A stretch of DNA of 53,454 nt, filler included, from Jimgerdemannia flammicorona (Eukaryota): assembly GCA_003990765.1 (NCBI GenBank). It is 3 parts of 3 records of this genome, joined end to end, with 100 filler letters (N's around TTAATTAATTAA, not from the genome) between each part and the next. Parts side by side here need not be neighbours in the genome. Positions count along the whole stretch, not along the records: positions 35,705 to 53,454 come from RBNJ01002424.1; 2 more parts are not named here. One strand, given 5' to 3'. The position numbers were made by a program, and so were the translations under genes. The notes beneath the pieces are model-generated. The model did no database searches. It saw nothing but the letters and a program-made list of their open reading frames with translations, and had not been told where the DNA came from. This document shows positions 47,821 through 53,454 of this stretch, in pieces. How positions within the stretch are numbered: the first letter of the stretch is position 1; each line of letters opens with the position of its first letter.

Positions 47821-50442
47821 AATGACGAGTGAGTAGGAGAATAGTAAGATGAGTAAGCAGGAGAATAGTAAGAAAACAAGTGAGCAAAGTAATAAAACTT
47901 GAAAAGCAAAATAGAGATTTTACATAACTCAAAAAAGCAAAGTGAAATATTGGAGGTTAGAATGAGCAGTGAAATAGAATGAGCAGTGACGTCAAATATT
48001 GGAATATAAATAAAAACAAGATACATTGGACATAGGCACCTAATATGGACACCAGACATTAATTCAATTCTGGCAATAATCTGAGCAGTCCTGAGTCAAG
48101 TAAATTTGTCAAAGTCTCAAATTTAAGCAGGGAAATTTCTGCCAAAATTTTTTTTTATACTCTGATAAATTCTTCCGAAAATTACTTCTTACTCTGATAA
48201 ATGGTCTTCATTACATAGAAATAAATTCCTAAAAATCATAATTATACTTGCTAATATACCTTTTAACTAGTATAAGAATAAAAATATTACTACTATTATA
48301 CTTTTTTTAAAAATATAATATACATTTATATGTATATATGTATCTTCAGCAGAATGAAATAAGAATGAAAATTCTCAGTCTGATAATTGACACATATAGG
48401 TATAGCAGTCCCCAGATAGTGCAGACATAGGAATTGCTCTATGAGCACTAGTGATGAAAATATATCCTGAATCATAGCTTTCCAAAAAACCTTACAGCTT
48501 TGAACTTTTTGGTAAGATATATTCTAATAGGTGGCCAAATATATTAAATATATATTTTATCAATAAAATCACAAAAATACTATGAAATTTATTTCAATCT
48601 GGAAGTATTACATCATATAATTTGAACAGAATAATTAATAATTTCTACACAAAACCTATTCCTGCTCAAATCACTCAAGTCACTCAAATTGCTCAAGCTA
48701 CTCAAGCTGCTCAAGACTGCTTAACCCACTCAAATCACTCATACCAAACCAAAAAACCTTTTCCAAATCACTCAAGCTGCTCAAGCTACTCAAACTGCTC
48801 AGCTCAAGTCACTCAAATTGCTCGAGCCCACTATCACCATTGAATCTCCACTCACCAAATCTCCACCAATCTCTACCTACTCATTTACTTTACTGGAGGG
48901 TGTCGCAACCACCAAATCTCCACTGATCTCTATCTATCCATCTACTTCATAAAGACTAGAAAGCTGCTCAAATTGCTCAAGCTGCTCAAGCTGCTCAAGG
49001 CTGCTCAAGCCACTCAAATTACTTATGCTAAATTAAAAAACCTTTTCCAAATTACTTAAGCCACTCAAGCTGCTCAAACCACTCAGCTCAAGCTACTCAA
49101 ATTGCTCAAATTGCTCAAATTGCTCAAGCCCACCATCACCATTAAATCTCTACTCACTGAATCTCTACTGATCTCTACCCACCCATTCACTTCACTGGAG
49201 GGCATTACAACTACTGAATCTCCACTGATCTTTACCCACTCATCTACTTTACAAAGACTAGAAAGCTGCTCAAATTTCTCAAGCTGCTCAAATCACTCAA
49301 TTGTATACAAAGGCCAGATTAGGTACTTACTTTTAATTTTCTGAGGCCAGACTGTAAACAAACAAAATAATCTCATACCAGAACAACACATCACTTACAC
49401 AGACTTTTCATCAGCAGCTTTGACACATTTTGATACCCTTTCTGCTCTTCTTAAAAACTCTCTTTGGGGAGAATTTTATATTTCACTGAATGGTATATTT
49501 TATATAAACTATACTAACTTTTCACCCTCTCCATCTCTACCTTCTTCATCTGATAATGAAGATGAAAAGAATGAAGAATGAAGACTTCTTGATAAGAAGG
49601 CAAAACAAGACATCATCAGAAAACGTAAGTATCTTGCTAGTGTCAAAGCAAGAAAAGTCAAAAAAAGGAAGATCTCTGAGCAAGTGAGAGCAGCCCTTCA
49701 TAAAGCACAAGACTGAGTAAAGCCAATATAGGAAGAACTAACTGGAATATATTGTGATTTATATATATAAGCAATAAATACTTATATATATAAGCAATAA
49801 ATGCTACAGAAAAGAAAGAGATATATGCTTGATATATATTAGGAAAAAGACTGTAAATTGATGAAAAATATGATTCTTCATCTAATAAGACTTTGCGATA
49901 ATGAGCTGTTACCAACTATTTTCAAGAAGAGTTTCTGGAGTTATCAGAAAAAGATCAAAAGAGAACACTTTTTCAAGCTCGAAAAATATATGGCATAACA
50001 TCCTTGCTTGCTTCAAATTAAGTTCACAATATACAAAGTTTAAGAGCATGAGAAATATGCAAGATTCCTTCAAAACTTGGACATATATCAAAAAATATAT
50101 ATCTGAAGGTAAATGTTTGGGTCTAACTCCAGCCACTTGCTCTAACCTCAGCTACTGAAGATTGCAAGTCATATACTATATGTATTTTTTATGCTTTATG
50201 CTTTATGCTTTTTGCATATATATATATATATATATTGTGACGTAAGCAATTGACAACAGAGTACTGGTGACTGCTAAGATCAGATGACATAATGGCGTGA
50301 CAATCAAATAGACAGCCTGACCCATTAGGTGATCATCCCAAAAGAAGACAAAATGATCCGAGCCAAAATGAAGACCACGTTATTTAAGGAACCATACTCC
50401 GCCTCAGAAATCAGCACTAAAGAACCAAGTACCCACCACACA

Positions 50443-51390
50443 ATGCCTCCCATTCGCCGATCCAACCAGACCTCCCGCCGCTCTACCCCTTTGCCTGGCC
50501 CAAAGACCCTGATCTTTGAAGCTATCAAGAAGGCCATCTGGCGCCCAGATACTTCTGAACACTTGAACTTCTACACCGAAGACCTTGGACACTTCATCAA
50601 CTACTGGTATATAATGACCCAGCAGCTCAAAGACACTACTGAACGAATGACCCTCTGGCATGACTACGAAATCGGACACCGCCTTCGCAATGAGACTCAA
50701 GAAGACGACCGGGAAGGCCTTATTACCGAAATGTTAACCACCAGCCGGCTAATCAAGAGAGCCCTCCGTGTCCATCAAATCTTCCGCCATATTCCCTGGG
50801 CTATAGCACACTTGCAAGGAGTAACAGCTGGCAGCCTCTCCTGCCTTTCAACTGAAGATGCTGACTGGATAGAATCTGAAGTAGCCAACGCTATTGGCAG
50901 CAACCGCGTCGCCATAGGAAGCCAACAAACCGAACCTACTCAGCCAGGTTTCCACACCACCCCACTCCGAGACAACCATCAAGGTCACCTAATGAGTCTT
51001 ATGGAGATATTTGAAGGACCACCCATCACTATAGAGACACCTGTTGGAGCTACCCCAACCACCCACCACCCTGTCAGCCACAATTCACACCTCATAATTT
51101 GGGAACCGAATCAAGAAGAAGCCCAAGAAGTTCCTGTCTTTGAAGAGGAGGCCCAAGAACTCCAAGACCCTGCCTCTGAAGAAACCCCCTCTGACACTGA
51201 AACTGACGAGCCTTCAGAAGAAGAAGAGGAGCAACAGAGAGTCTACCAGTCCTCTGTCCGCATTCAAGCTGTTCAAGGGTTGGAGAATGTTGTTGAAGAT
51301 GACTGGCCACTTTTTTACCCCCTCACCTCTTGGCCGGCGCTTCCCCCTTTTGAGGAGAGATATGATGAAGAAGAAATCACAACCCAGTAA
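50443..51390 (+). CDS. intact accessory-family protein (315 aa from ATG 50443)
   Basis: MPPIRRS..LWHDYEIGHRL..RALRVHQIFRHIPWAIAHLQGVT..PLRDNHQGHLMSLMEIFEGPPI..Glu-rich tail; no stops. Confidence 0.88.
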   Translation: MPPIRRSNQTSRRSTPLPGPKTLIFEAIKKAIWRPDTSEHLNFYTEDLGHFINYWYIMTQQLKDTTERMTLWHDYEIGHRLRNETQEDDREGLITEMLTTSRLIKRALRVHQIFRHIPWAIAHLQGVTAGSLSCLSTEDADWIESEVANAIGSNRVAIGSQQTEPTQPGFHTTPLRDNHQGHLMSLMEIFEGPPITIETPVGATPTTHHPVSHNSHLIIWEPNQEEAQEVPVFEEEAQELQDPASEETPSDTETDEPSEEEEEQQRVYQSSVRIQAVQGLENVVEDDWPLFYPLTSWPALPPFEERYDEEEITTQ

Positions 51391-51830
51391 GATTTGCCCG
51401 CCATGGACGAAGGGTACTATTTCCTCTAGAGTACCGCCCATCAGCTGTGAGAACCCAGCTCATGTCAGCTCATCCGAATCCAGCGTTGCTACCCAGTACC
51501 ACCGTTTTCAGCATTTTTGTCAGCAGGTCCGAATTCAGCGTTACCACCCTCCACAACCGTTTCTGGCAACAATCATCGTATCATGTCAGCTCATCCAAAT
51601 CCAGCATTGCTACCCAGTACCACCGTTTTCAGCATTTTTGTCAGCAGGTCCGAATCCAGCGTTGCTATCCCCTACAACCCAATCCGTAGTAAACAATAGC
51701 CTGCACCTCACATCGTGCAAACCAATAGCATAAGTTCGCCACAACGTAGTATACCTTAGCCTTAGTCGCGCCCCCTCCCCCCATAGCTAGCAAACTTGTA
51801 TAAATAACCCATATTCTTAGAGTGAATAAA

Positions 51831-52192
51831 CCTCAGTCAGATAGTTTTACAGAGAAAACACACTGCCTCCAAGAGACCAGATAAATTCTGAGAACAAGAT
51901 AACTAGAGCAACGATCGCTCGAGGTTTGAGTTAAAGAATTTTCTCTTGCCACGGAAAACGTTCAAGACCCGCCGCTAAAGGAAAGCCGCACAAAAAACCA
52001 CCAACCGCCACCGAGATCCCGCCAGCCCAACTGTCGTGCATTCGACCCAACCGTTGTGCATTCGACCCGACCTCAGCCAGATAGTTTTACAGAGAAAACA
52101 CACTGCCTCCAAGAGACCGGATAAATTCTGAGAACAAGACAACTAGAGCAACGATCGCTCGAGGTTTGAGTTAAAGAATTTTCTCTTGCCAC
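51831..52192 (+). repeat. ~122-bp direct duplication inside LTR E (51831-51952 / 52071-52192)
   Basis: CCTCAG.CAGATAGTTTTACAGAGAAAACACACTGCC...CTCTTGCCAC twice, 240 bp apart. Confidence 0.9.
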
Positions 52193-52856
52193 AGAAAGAA
52201 AACGTTACCCGACCGCTGCCATTCGAGACCGCCATTCGAGATTCAAGACCCCGAAAACCCAAGAAACTCAAGGATACCAGTACAAGACCTGCCAGTTAGC
52301 AAGAACAACCACCAAGGACCCCAGTAAACCTGCCCTCAAGTTAACAAGTCAAGACGGACGAGCGAGCTGTCAATCTCCGCTTCTCTGATTCCCGACCTAC
52401 TGCGCCACGAACCGTTTAAAGTCAAGACCGTCATCGCCGAGTTTGCCGCCACCAGGAGACTGAGCCATGCATTGAACCAGAACAAGGAACCCAAGGATAC
52501 TTAGCTTAGGAAAGCCAGCACCGTCGTCATTCACCTAACAAGTCAAGATGGACGAGCGAGCCGTCAAACCCGTTTTCCCGCTATTATCACACGAATCGAA
52601 CGACCTGTCACGTGACCATCAACCCGCGAACGTCACCAACGCCTTCAGTTATACATCGCGCGCTTCACCAAGTGACACACATTGAGCCGTGCAGTCGAAG
52701 TTCATTATACATAACAAACGTCACAATATATATATATTTTACTTATTTCCTATATATTACACTTTTTAACTTATGCTTTCAATATACTTGTAACAAGTTT
52801 TTAATTTTGCATATATATTTCACTTACTTTTTATGTATTATACTTTTAGCTTATGC

Positions 52857-53172
52857 TTTTAAGGCCAAACACCATTTGGGCACATGATCCCCAAATGGTG
52901 CACCCAAATGGTATAGGTTTATTGATCTTTCGAGTTCTCCTTCACCAAGTTCTTTATTGATTTAAGGCCAAAATTATGAAACTGACTGGCTTGAAGAGAT
53001 TTAAGGCCAAATACTATTTGGGTACACAATCTCCAAATAGTGTACCCAAATGGTGAAGCTTTATGAAGGTTCACTGATCTTGTAGCTAAGTTCCCTTTTA
53101 CCAAGTTCTCTATTGATTTAAGGCCAAACACCATTTGGGTGCATGATTTCCAAATGGTGCACCCAAATAGTA
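52857..53172. repeat. degenerate repeat with hairpins (TTTAAGGCCAAA-CACCATTTGGG..CCAAATGGTG)
   Basis: TTTAAGGCCAAA four times; inverted CACCATTTGG/CCAAATGGTG pairs. Confidence 0.65.
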
Positions 53173-53454
53173 CAGGTCTGTGATATTTATATTTTATTTC
53201 TAACTCAGCTATAAGATCATTCATCTGTCAAAATTGTTAACAAACTTCTTGATATTGTACAAAACCAAGATATATAATATGTATTTTTTTTTTTCTAAGA
53301 AATAAATATAGAAATATTTATATATTCTATCTCATCTATCCTGTCTATCCTATCCTATCTATTCTGTTCTGTCTTATCTATTGTCTCATCCATCTTGTCC
53401 TGTCTTGTCTATTCTGTCTTGTCTTATCTATCCTGTTCTGTCTCTTTTTTTTTT

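Larger units (their letters stand above)
50236..52725 (+). mobile_element. family E solo LTR (2490 bp) in a (TA)n tract
   Basis: Perfect 8-bp inverted ends TGTGACGT..ACGTCACA, ATAT flanks, empty site visible at ~39403-39415. TATA/polyA core CTTGTATAAATAACCC..CTTAGAGTGAATAAACCTCAG shared with LTR D. Confidence 0.85.
48662..52862 (+). repeat. right arm of the long inverted repeat (contains solo LTR E)
   Basis: Inverted copy of 39218-41424; decayed ORF ..SIVYKGQIRYLLLIF*GQTVNK..LWGEF..SDNEDEKNEE*RLLDKKAKQD.. Confidence 0.85.

Noticed and set aside
53320..53454. (CTATC/CTGTC)-rich end as a telomere
   Set aside because: Degenerate low-complexity tract ending in a T run at a contig end, not a regular telomeric repeat.

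Overview
Repeat-rich eukaryotic DNA with no recognisable host gene. It is most likely from an early-diverging fungus (inference from TE types and C-to-T decay). The window is three pieces of almost equal, descending length (1-17753, 17854-35604, 35705-53454) joined by N-TTAATTAATTAA-N linkers, so adjacency across the gaps is probably artificial. Content: five Ty3/Gypsy LTR-retrotransposon families (called A-E here), nested in each other, with three poly(A)-tailed non-LTR insertions and a decayed Kolobok/Mutator-like DDE transposase between ~2.2-kb inverted arms. Main result: all five LTR families carry members of one unannotated accessory protein family (core Y-x-[IL]-G-x2-L ... A-x-[KR]-[VIH]-x2-[IL]-F ... 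[IL]-x2-L, with an acidic tail in four). It sits inside the LTR U3 in A, C and E, at the env position in B, and in frame after integrase in D. In A, B, C and E it has its own TATA-like box. Families A, B and C also encode a dUTPase plus a conserved Y-x(0-1)-K-x(0-1)-I-x-DGY...CPH-x12-CxxC module next to the protease, in two mirror-image domain orders.
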